Source: an uncultured candidate division Zixibacteria bacterium (GTDB lineage Bacteria > Zixibacteria > MSB-5A5 > RBG-16-43-9). From it: a stretch of 64,000 nt of DNA. The DNA lies in contig OY970208.1 of NCBI GenBank assembly GCA_963713865.1, positions 1,824,001-1,888,000 of the forward strand, given 5' to 3'. This document shows positions 1 through 7,633 of the stretch, in pieces. The position numbers and the translations under genes were made by a program. Every line of letters begins with the position of its first letter. The first letter of the stretch is position 1. The notes under the pieces are model-generated. The model searched no databases, had not been told where the DNA came from, and saw nothing but the letters and a program-made list of their open reading frames with translations.

Positions 1-378
1 GATAAATCCGGGGATGATGATTATATCTCACACGGAGTCTCTCAAGGATGTGGTCATGATTTAGCTTGTGGTATACTGGAGGATCAATCTGGAAATGACA
101 ATTATCTTTCCTTTGATCTGTCCCAGGGAGCGGGGAGTGCCAACGGAATCGGTATCCTGATGGACTATCAGGGGGATGACAGCTATTTGGTAACCTTAAA
201 AAGCAATACTCAGGGTTATGGTAATCCGAGAAGAGAATATGGTTCTATAGGGATCTTTTTGGATTTGTCGGGCAAAGACAAATATTCTGGAAACGGAGAG
301 GATAATACCTGGTGGACTACTCCTTCTATGTGGGGAGCAGGAATAGATGGTGAATTTAATAAAGCAGGTAGCAAGTAG
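1..378 (+). CDS. C-terminal part of a repeat protein (D-x-x-G-[DN]-D-x-Y...SQG-x-G repeats); gene starts before the window
   Basis: Frame 1 is open from base 1 (DKSGDDDY...SQGCG...DQSGNDNY...SQGAG...DYQGDDSY...TQGYG...DLSGKDKY); ORF 160..378 is its tail. Confidence 0.8.
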   Translation, partial: DKSGDDDYISHGVSQGCGHDLACGILEDQSGNDNYLSFDLSQGAGSANGIGILMDYQGDDSYLVTLKSNTQGYGNPRREYGSIGIFLDLSGKDKYSGNGEDNTWWTTPSMWGAGIDGEFNKAGSK

Positions 379-415
379 CTTGTGGCCAGTAGCTAAAGGC
401 GAACGGCGAATAGCA
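367..415 (+). repeat. Degenerate heptamer tandem repeat (AGTAGCT/AAAGGCG type)
   Basis: ggtagca agtagct tgtggcc agtagct aaaggcg aacggcg aatagca, overlapping the stop codon at 376-378. Confidence 0.5.
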
Positions 416-432
416 AATATCAAGGAGCGAAT

Positions 433-873
433 ATGAAAATTGCTTTAGGGGCGGATCATAAAGGGTATCAATATAAAGAAAAGGTAAAAAAATTCCTTCA
501 GGGAAAAGGATATGAGATTAACGATTTTGGCACTTTTTCTGAGGAATCAGTGGATTATCCTGATTTCGGGTTTAAGGTGGCTAAAGCTGTTTCAAATGGA
601 GACGTAGAAAGAGGGATTTTATTCTGCTGGTCAGGAATAGGGATGTGCATCTCAGCTAATAAGATTAAAGGAGTAAGAGCGGCTTTATGTTTAAACGAAG
701 AAATGGCTAAGCTCTCCCGTGAGCATAACGATTCCAACGTTCTTTCCCTTTCTGCTAAATTTATACCTGAGGAAAAACTTATGAAGATCGTAGAGATCTG
801 GTTAAATACTCCTTTTGAAGGAGGCAGGCATCAGAGAAGACTGGATAAAATTTCCTTAGAGGAGAGAATGTAG
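433..873 (+). CDS. rpiB: Ribose-5-phosphate isomerase B
   Basis: MKIALGADH, SVDYPD, C-x-SG-x-G, ANK-x-x-GVRAA, HNDSNVL, F-EGGRHQRR motifs. Confidence 0.95.
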   Translation: MKIALGADHKGYQYKEKVKKFLQGKGYEINDFGTFSEESVDYPDFGFKVAKAVSNGDVERGILFCWSGIGMCISANKIKGVRAALCLNEEMAKLSREHNDSNVLSLSAKFIPEEKLMKIVEIWLNTPFEGGRHQRRLDKISLEERM

Positions 874-928
874 CGGAGGTCTTCAGACCTCCATTAGATG
901 TGGAAGGCTGAAACCTTCCGCTACAAAA
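867..928. repeat. REP doublet (REPIN), left flank of RAYT
   Basis: GTAG-C-GGAGGTCT-TC-AGACCTCC (870-892) facing inverted GGAAGG-CTGAAA-CCTTCC-G-CTAC (902-924). Confidence 0.9.
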
Positions 929-933
929 CCCAA

Positions 934-1404
934 ATGGTTAAACGAAAAAGAAATAGACTTAGTCTGTCCCTTTATAAAGGGATTAAAGCTTATTTTGTCA
1001 CTATCTGCACTAATAATCAGCAGAAGGTTTTTACAGATATGGAAACTATTTCTAAGCACCTCAAGATCTTAAATGCTTGCTGTAAAAAAGAAAATATTTT
1101 TGTTTGGGCATATTGTTTTATGCCCGATCATCTTCATCTACTTCTAATTGCTAAAGAAAACTCAGACCTAATTAAATTCATCCGAATATATAAACAACTC
1201 AGTGGATATGAGTATAAGAAGGCAACTGGAAAAGTCCTGTGGCAAAAAAGTTTTTATGACCACATCTTAAGAAAGGAAGAAAATATTCCTGAAGTGATAA
1301 AGTATATTTTAGAAAATCCAGTGAGAAAAGGCTTAGTAGAGTTTTTCGCGGACTATCATTTCTCCGGTTCTTTAGAGTTTGGGAAAGAGATCTTTAAAAT
1401 GTAG
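934..1404 (+). mobile_element. REP-associated tyrosine transposase (RAYT, HUH Y1 family)
   Basis: RK-x-x-RL, YFVTICT, MPDHLH (HUH), WQKSFYDH and YILENPV motifs; flanked by REP doublets; start taken at ATG 934 because 898 lies inside the REP. Confidence 0.92.
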
Positions 1405-1477
1405 CGGAGGTCTTCAGACCTCCAGGGGCTGGGATATGAAGAAAAATTGTGGAAAGCTGAAGCTTTCCGCTACAAAA
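1398..1477. repeat. REP doublet (REPIN), right flank of RAYT
   Basis: 1398-1424 is identical to 867-893 (27 bp); 1448-1477 matches 899-928 with three changes that keep the stem paired. Confidence 0.9.
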
Positions 1478-1506
1478 AAATAACAGAGTTTTAAGGAGCG
1501 TTTATT

Positions 1507-2766
1507 ATGAGCAAGTTAAAAGAGGTCGATCCAGAGGTCTATTCTGCGATTTTGGGTGAGACCAAAAGAGAGGCTTATCAACTGGAGCTTATCGCCTCTG
1601 AAAATTTCGTGAGCGAAGCCGTCTTAGAGGCTCTAGGCTCGGTTATGACCAATAAATACGCTGAAGGTTATCCGGGGAAAAGATATTATGGTGGATGCAA
1701 GTATATGGATATGGTTGAGAATTTAGCCCGGGAGCGAGCCAAGCAGCTTTTTGGATGTGAACATGTAAACGTTCAGCCTCATTCCGGCTCCCAGGCTAAT
1801 ATGGGAGTTTATTTCTGCGTTCTGAAACCCGGAGATACCATCTTAGGATTGAATCTCTCTCACGGGGGACATCTCACCCACGGCTCTCCGGTTAATTTTT
1901 CCGGTAAATTTTTCAAGGTATGTTTTTATGGAGTTAGAAAAGATACTGAAGTTTTAGATTATGATGAAGTTTTACAAATAGCTAAAGACTGTAAGCCAAA
2001 ATTGATTGTGGCAGGGGCAACCGCTTATCCCAGGATTTTGGATTTTGAAAAGTTTCGTAAGATTGCAGATGAGGTTAGCGCTTATTTGATGGTAGATATC
2101 GCTCATATAGCCGGATTGGTCATTGCCGGGATTCATCCTTCGCCCGTGCCCTATGCCGATTTTGTTACCTCTACCACCCATAAGACCTTGCGTGGTCCCA
2201 GGGGCGGGATGATTATGTGTAAGGAAAAATATGCCAAGGATCTGGATAAAGAGATAATGCCGGGCATACAGGGTGGTCCACTTATGCACGTGATTGCCTC
2301 CAAGGCTGTGGCTTTCAAGGAAGCTCTGGAGCCTTCTTTTATAGAATACCAACGTCAGATTGTAAAGAATGCCAGGACGTTGGCTCAAGAGCTTGTAAAT
2401 TATGGTTATCACGTGGTAGCTGGTGGAACAGATACCCATCTGATGCTGGTTAGTTTTGTAGAAAAAGGAATAACTGGCAAAGTAGTGGAGGAGGCTTTAG
2501 ATAAAGCAGGTATTACAGTTAACAAGAATACCGTTCCTTTTGACCCGCAGAAACCTTTTATCACCTCCGGTATAAGGATCGGAACCCCTGCAGTTACTAC
2601 CCGAGGAATGAAGGAGCCAGAAATGAAAATAATTGCCCGGTTTATTCACGAAACCATCTCCAATTTAGGGAATGATGAGCTCTATAAGAGAGTCAAAAAA
2701 GAGGTTGAGGAACTCTGTAATATATTTCCTTTGTATAAAGAGAGATTGGAAATTAGTAGACAGTAG
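1507..2766 (+). CDS. glyA: Serine hydroxymethyltransferase
   Basis: [34 protein letters not shown] (PLP lysine). Confidence 0.98.
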   Translation: MSKLKEVDPEVYSAILGETKREAYQLELIASENFVSEAVLEALGSVMTNKYAEGYPGKRYYGGCKYMDMVENLARERAKQLFGCEHVNVQPHSGSQANMGVYFCVLKPGDTILGLNLSHGGHLTHGSPVNFSGKFFKVCFYGVRKDTEVLDYDEVLQIAKDCKPKLIVAGATAYPRILDFEKFRKIADEVSAYLMVDIAHIAGLVIAGIHPSPVPYADFVTSTTHKTLRGPRGGMIMCKEKYAKDLDKEIMPGIQGGPLMHVIASKAVAFKEALEPSFIEYQRQIVKNARTLAQELVNYGYHVVAGGTDTHLMLVSFVEKGITGKVVEEALDKAGITVNKNTVPFDPQKPFITSGIRIGTPAVTTRGMKEPEMKIIARFIHETISNLGNDELYKRVKKEVEELCNIFPLYKERLEISRQ

Positions 2767-2782
2767 GTAGTAGACAGTAGAC
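2755..2782 (+). repeat. Heptamer tandem repeat (AGTAGAC)x4
   Basis: AGTAGAC AGTAGGT AGTAGAC AGTAGAC spanning the glyA stop. Confidence 0.85.
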
Positions 2783-2787
2783 AGGGA

Positions 2788-2872
2788 AATGTAGCGGGGG
2801 TCTTCAGACCTTCATAAAAGAATGGAAGGCTAAAGTCTAAAGACTAAAGACCTTGAGGCTTTCCTCTACATT
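2788..2872. repeat. REP doublet of the RAYT-associated family with an expanded second arm
   Basis: aatgtagcgggggtcttcagaccttca ... tggaaggct-aaagtct-aaagact-aaagacc-ttgaggctttcctctacatt. Confidence 0.8.
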
Positions 2873-2877
2873 AACAG

Positions 2878-3885
2878 ATGAGTATCCACAAAGATAGAAT
2901 CAGAGCGGTTTTAGAAGGGGAGAGGGCTGACCGGGTGCCAGTTTCTATGTGGAGACATTTTTATGATAAAGAGTCAAACGCTTCTGGGTTAGCAGAGGCA
3001 ATGACAGCTTTTCAGAAAAAATATGACTGGGACTTTATGAAGGTAAATCCACGGGCAAGTTATCATATCGAAGGCTGGGGAGCAGAGGTGGCATTCAGTC
3101 GAAAACCCTGGATTAAAACTAAGGTCGTAGAACATCCGGTTAAAAAAACTGAAGACTGGAAAAAACTGAAAGTATTAAAATCATCAGTCAAGGCTTTGAC
3201 GGAACAATTGAAGGCTCTTAAATTAATTAAAAAAAGATTCAAAGATGAGATATTCATGGTTGAAACGGTCTTTACTCCTTTATCCATAGCTGGAGATTTG
3301 GTGAAAGAGAAGAAGGATTTATTAAGGGACTTAAGAAAGAGCCCTGGATTGATTCATACAGCCTTAGAGATAATCACTGAGACTTTTTCGGGTTTCGCAG
3401 TTGAATGTTTGAATGCGGGAGCAGATGGGATTTTCTTTGCCACCACCGAATGGGCGACCAAGAATCTATTGACTGAAGAAGAATATTTAGAATTTGGCAA
3501 GCCTTATGACCTTAAGCTCTTGCAGAAGATAGAATCTGTCGAGTTTAATATTATGCATATCTGTAAAAGCCATAATTTTCTCCGGCTTTTCTTTGATTAT
3601 CCCGTAATGGTGGTTAACTGGGATTCGAATGATCCGACAAATCTAAATCTCAAAGATGGTGCAAAAATATTGCATAAAACAGTTATGGGCGGAATAGACC
3701 AGGAGAATTTGCTGGTTAAGGGAACTCCAGAAAAGGTATCCGAAAAAATAAAACAATTGGTTAGTCTCAACCAGGAACTCAGACTGATTCTGGGACCCGG
3801 ATGTGTAATCTCTCCGCAAACACCTGAAGAAAATATCAAAGCGGTAAGAGATGCGGTTGAGAATCCTTGGATCAATCTTAAGTGA
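2878..3885 (+). CDS. Uroporphyrinogen decarboxylase-family TIM-barrel protein (MtaA/CmuA-like methyltransferase branch)
   Basis: DRVPV, F-TP, GADGIF, HIC and GPGC motifs; lacks the HemE MRQAGR signature. Confidence 0.75.
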   Translation: MSIHKDRIRAVLEGERADRVPVSMWRHFYDKESNASGLAEAMTAFQKKYDWDFMKVNPRASYHIEGWGAEVAFSRKPWIKTKVVEHPVKKTEDWKKLKVLKSSVKALTEQLKALKLIKKRFKDEIFMVETVFTPLSIAGDLVKEKKDLLRDLRKSPGLIHTALEIITETFSGFAVECLNAGADGIFFATTEWATKNLLTEEEYLEFGKPYDLKLLQKIESVEFNIMHICKSHNFLRLFFDYPVMVVNWDSNDPTNLNLKDGAKILHKTVMGGIDQENLLVKGTPEKVSEKIKQLVSLNQELRLILGPGCVISPQTPEENIKAVRDAVENPWINLK

Positions 3886-3953
3886 AGGGCTATAGAAGTT
3901 TTGAGAATTTAGCCCCCCTACATTGAAAACCAAAAAGTTTGAAGGAGTAATGG

Positions 3954-4407
3954 ATGGAAAGCAAAAGTATAGAAATAATTCATCAAATAAAAGAATTAGC
4001 AAAGTCAAAGATCAAAAAGGAAGATATTCTTAAGGAAGTCGTAAAAATTTTAAAGAACAACTTTATTTATTATAACTGGGTTGGAATTTATCTTTTAGAG
4101 GGAGAGGAGCTGGTGCTTGGTCCTTTTTTAGGCAAACCTTCACCTCATACCCGGATCCGTTTAAATAGTGGAATATGCGGGGCGGCAGCTAGTCAGAAAA
4201 AATCTATAATCATCCCGGATGTTAAATCCGATCCGAGGTATTTAGCCTGTAGCCTGGAAACTAAATCTGAGATTGTTGTTCCTATAATGATAGGCGAGAA
4301 GGTTCTGGGGTGAGATAGATATTGATTCTGGTAGATTGGATGCTTTTAAAGAAGAAGATAAGCATTTATTAGAAGAGATCTGCTCCATTTTAGCTGAATT
4401 ATTTTGA
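3954..4407 (+). pseudogene. GAF-domain protein (free methionine-R-sulfoxide reductase/MsrC-like), frameshifted at about 4307-4310
   Basis: NWVGIY, LGPF, GICG, YLAC, SEIVVP; removing one G from ctgggg restores VLGEIDIDS...AF...D...LLEEI to TGA 4407. Confidence 0.75.
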
Positions 4408-4625
4408 TTTTTTTTGTGTTTTAGCTTGCATCTAATATGAAAGGAAATGCATAAGAAATGAATTATTTACTAATAATTTAAAGTTATTAGATTATTTTGT
4501 ATTACAAACATTCAAATTATATTAATAACTAACTTCACAATAGGTAAAGTATTATGAATGATATTTAAAGTATTACATTATACTCCTATCCTAACATTTC
4601 TCTGTACTCATTAAAAATTTGCTAA

Positions 4626-4641
4626 CGGCATATCTTTTGCA
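4626..4641 (+). promoter_or_regulatory. Sigma54 -24/-12 promoter
   Basis: CGGCATATCTTTTGCA, GG-N10-GC spacing, 40 bp upstream of ATG 4681. Confidence 0.7.
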
Positions 4642-4680
4642 TTTCTCATATAAAAATAGACATACTTAGAAAGGATAAAA

Positions 4681-5493
4681 ATGGAACAAGAAACCTCTAA
4701 AGACAGTTTAAAATATCATCTTCTAAGGCTTTTAGCTGTAAAGATCAACAACTCAGTTCCCCTTAAAGAAATAATTCAGGAAGGAATAGATAAAACCCTG
4801 GAAATAATGGGACTGGAAGCTGGTTCAGTTGCTATATGGGATGAGGATACAAAAGAATTAATCTGTGAAGCTATTTCCGGTAAACCTGATAAAGCTGATT
4901 TCCTTTCAGCCATGGAAAAAAGTGTCATTCAAACGATGAGAAAGGATTTTAAAATCGAGTCTATATATCTGACCCTGCAAAAAGATGGGTTATATAGCCT
5001 TTTCTCCTATCCGATTAAAGCAGATGGCAGATTATTAGGGGCAATAACTGGACTGAGCTCAGGAAATAGAAATCTGATTTTAGAGGAGGAGTTTTTAGAA
5101 GCTTTAGGGAGTCAGTTAGGATTAGGAGTTTCTAAATCTGAAGGGTATCTTACTAAGGTTGAGAAGAGAAAGATAGAAGAGGAAAAAGAACAAGCTTTAA
5201 AATCTGAAATGCTTTCTGCCATAACTCTCACTTCTGGAACTGTAAATCATGAGATTAATAACCCTTTAACCGCGATTTTAGGAAATGCACAACTGCTTTT
5301 AGCTCGTAAAGAATATCTTGATCAGGAGACAGTGGAAAAGCTAAAGAAGATTGAAGAAAATGCTCTGAAGATAGAAGAGGTCACTCACAATCTTCTCAGA
5401 ATAATTGAGCCGGTGATTGTGGAATATGCACCGGGAGTAAAGATTATAGACCTAGCAGGTTCCAAAAAGAGAGAATTTTCCTCTGAATCTTAA
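4681..5493 (+). CDS. GAF plus HisKA (DHp) protein lacking an HATPase domain
   Basis: GAF-like N-terminus; H-box NHEINNPLTAILGNAQLL; ends shortly after with no N/G boxes. Confidence 0.8.
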   Translation: MEQETSKDSLKYHLLRLLAVKINNSVPLKEIIQEGIDKTLEIMGLEAGSVAIWDEDTKELICEAISGKPDKADFLSAMEKSVIQTMRKDFKIESIYLTLQKDGLYSLFSYPIKADGRLLGAITGLSSGNRNLILEEEFLEALGSQLGLGVSKSEGYLTKVEKRKIEEEKEQALKSEMLSAITLTSGTVNHEINNPLTAILGNAQLLLARKEYLDQETVEKLKKIEENALKIEEVTHNLLRIIEPVIVEYAPGVKIIDLAGSKKREFSSES

Positions 5494-5495
5494 TA

Positions 5496-5523
5496 GTAGA
5501 GACACATTGCAAAGCGTCTCTGC
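5496..5523 (+). repeat. GTAG REP (GTAGAGACGCA-TTGC-AATGCGTCTCT type)
   Basis: gtagagacacattgcaaagcgtctctgc; related copy at about 32799-32826. Confidence 0.6.
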
Positions 5524-5543
5524 TATTAATTCTAAAATAAAAC

Positions 5544-5571
5544 AAAAAAAGGCGAATAATCTCGCCTTTTT
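5544..5571. terminator. Bidirectional intrinsic terminator
   Basis: A7-GGCGA-ataatc-TCGCC-T5 between convergent genes. Confidence 0.75.
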
Positions 5572-5590
5572 ATTGTTTCTTATTCTTGGC

Positions 5591-5815
5591 TTATCCTACT
5601 TCAACCTTTTTCTCTTCAGCTCTGAGAGGTTCAGTTAATATGGTTTTTGCCTTCAAACTATCCATTCTTTCCTTTTTTAAGCGGATTAATACTCCTAAGG
5701 AGATTAACATAAACATAAGGGAATTGACCTGTCTGAAGATCTCTCCATAATTAAAAATGCTGTCTAAAAACGCTAACACTCCCAGGAAAAAAAGCATAGT
5801 TGACCAAAATAGCAT
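5591..5815 (-). CDS. Small membrane protein (two TM helices)
   Basis: GGAGG RBS, two hydrophobic segments, basic tail, own promoter-like motif. Confidence 0.7.
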   Translation of the reverse strand: MLFWSTMLFFLGVLAFLDSIFNYGEIFRQVNSLMFMLISLGVLIRLKKERMDSLKAKTILTEPLRAEEKKVEVG

Positions 5816-5875
5816 AAATCTACCTCCACGAAAAGGGTTAATCTATTTCATCATCTTTTTCTATTTACTTATTCT

Positions 5876-5902
5876 TAATCGGCAATTTATGAACAAACCT
5901 TA
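5876..5902 (-). promoter_or_regulatory. Sigma28 (FliA/SigD)-like promoter
   Basis: Minus strand TAAGGTTT-N11-GCCGATTA versus consensus TAAAGTTT-N11-GCCGATAA. Confidence 0.65.
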
Positions 5903-6001
5903 GAGTTAATCTTTAAAAATTTAAGAATTTCTGCGCATAAGTGTCTTGTTAAATAAGATTTATATTTTTGGTTGTAGAGTCTAATACAAAAGAGGGAACT
6001 T

Positions 6002-6084
6002 TAGAGTGCAAACCTTTAGGTTTGACCAAAATTGTTTAATTGGTTTATAAAGAATTTAAGGTAAAGCTAAAGCTTTACAATCCA
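6002..6084. repeat. REP doublet, (T)GGAGTG-foot family
   Basis: agagtgcaaacctttaggtttgacc ... ggtaaagctaaagctttacaatcca; homologous pair at 49716-49774. Confidence 0.7.
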
Positions 6085-6133
6085 ATGTTTATTTCCAGAA
6101 GTTTTACTTTTTCAGAGAATAATAAATAAATTC

Positions 6134-6162
6134 TTGACAGTCGTGGTAAGATAGAATAAATT
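6134..6162 (+). promoter_or_regulatory. Sigma70-like promoter of purF
   Basis: TTGACA-N17-TAAATT. Confidence 0.55.
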
Positions 6163-6177
6163 AATACCCTTATTGTT

Positions 6178-7581
6178 ATGATAGAAAATTTGTTACATGA
6201 GAATTGTGGTGTCTTTGCTATTTACCGTGCAAAGAAAGCCGCAGAGCTGACTTACTTAGGGCTTTATGCTCTTCAGCACAGAGGGCAGGAGGCATCCGGG
6301 ATAGTCTCCTCTGACGGCAGTAAGCTCTTCCAGTTAAAGGGGATGGGACAGGTGAACGAAGTCTTTGCTAGTAAAGAAGTTTTAGGTGACTTAAAAGGGG
6401 AGGTAGCTATCGGACATAATCGATATTCCACCACCGGCTCTTCTACTGTAGCCAATATCCAGCCTCTCCAGATTACTTATAAAGGGGATAAGCTCTTAGC
6501 AGTAGGACATAACGGAAATCTGACCAACTCCACGGGCTTGAGAAAAAAATTAGAGAAAGGAGGTTCGATCTTTCAAACCACTACCGATAGCGAGATAATT
6601 TTACACCTGATTGCGCGCTCTAAAAAAGAAAAGATCGAGGATAGCTTATCGGATGCTCTTTCTCAGGTGAGCGGCGCATACAGTTTAGTGTTTATAACGT
6701 CGGATTCTATATTAGCTGCCAGGGATCCATACGGATGGAGACCTTTGGCTTTAGGGAGGCTCAGAGATGCCTGGGTGGTTGCTTCTGAGACCTGTGCCTT
6801 CGATATTATTGGAGCAAAATATGTAAGGGACATAAAGCCGGGCGAAATTATTTTGATAAATAATAAAGGTTTAAAATCTTTTTCACCTTTTAAAAAAGTC
6901 AAGCATGCTTTCTGTATTTTTGAATTTATATATTTTGCACGGCCTGACAGTATGATCTTCGGTGAAAATGTGGACAAGGTCAGAAGAAGGTTGGGTCATC
7001 AACTCGCTAAAGAACGGCCGGCAGATGCGGATATAGTGATTGCGGTTCCGGATTCAAGTAATACCCATACCCTGGGCTATTCTGAACAATCCGGAATAAA
7101 ATTTGAAGTTGGTTTAATCCGAAATCATTATATTGGCAGAACTTTTATCCATCCGGAGCAAAAGATCAGGGATCTGGATGCGAGGATTAAATATAATCCG
7201 GTTAAAGGGGTATTAAAGGATAAGAAGATAATAATAGTGGACGATTCGATCGTGCGCGGGACTACCAGTAGAAAATTAGTCGGGATGTTAAGAAATGCCG
7301 GAGCTAAAGAGGTTCACTTCAGGGTAAGTTCCCCTCCCATCATCAGCCCCTGTTTTTACGGGATAGATATGCCCACCAAAAAGGAGTTGATCGCCTCTTC
7401 AAAATCGGTCGAGGAGATCAGAAGATATTTAGGCGTGGATTCCTTAGGTTATCTCTCGATCGAAGGGATGCTATCGATGCCCTCACTACCCAGGGAAGAT
7501 TTCTGCGTAGCCTGCTTCTCTGGCAAATATCCTTCTAAAATCGAGAACAATATTGGAAAGTTCGCCCTGGAATTGAAATAA
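6178..7581 (+). CDS. purF: Amidophosphoribosyltransferase
   Basis: Propeptide then CGVF, LQHRGQE, GHNRYST, DDSIVRGTT, Fe-S cysteines (PCFYG, CVAC). Confidence 0.98.
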   Translation: MIENLLHENCGVFAIYRAKKAAELTYLGLYALQHRGQEASGIVSSDGSKLFQLKGMGQVNEVFASKEVLGDLKGEVAIGHNRYSTTGSSTVANIQPLQITYKGDKLLAVGHNGNLTNSTGLRKKLEKGGSIFQTTTDSEIILHLIARSKKEKIEDSLSDALSQVSGAYSLVFITSDSILAARDPYGWRPLALGRLRDAWVVASETCAFDIIGAKYVRDIKPGEIILINNKGLKSFSPFKKVKHAFCIFEFIYFARPDSMIFGENVDKVRRRLGHQLAKERPADADIVIAVPDSSNTHTLGYSEQSGIKFEVGLIRNHYIGRTFIHPEQKIRDLDARIKYNPVKGVLKDKKIIIVDDSIVRGTTSRKLVGMLRNAGAKEVHFRVSSPPIISPCFYGIDMPTKKELIASSKSVEEIRRYLGVDSLGYLSIEGMLSMPSLPREDFCVACFSGKYPSKIENNIGKFALELK

Positions 7582-7582
7582 A

Positions 7583-7614
7583 AATCTCGACCCTTTTATC
7601 AAGGATCGAGATTT
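7583..7614. terminator. Probable bidirectional terminator
   Basis: aaatctcga...tcgagattt hairpin between convergent purF and S8 genes. Confidence 0.5.
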
Positions 7615-7633
7615 AAAAAAGATTAAAAATCCA

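Noticed and set aside
867-2872. CRISPR array from the 27-bp direct repeats
   Set aside because: Copies are separated by whole genes; no regular spacers and no cas genes
4307-4313. Programmed ribosomal frameshifting at the three indel sites
   Set aside because: No shared slippery motif or stimulatory structure; the genes are unrelated
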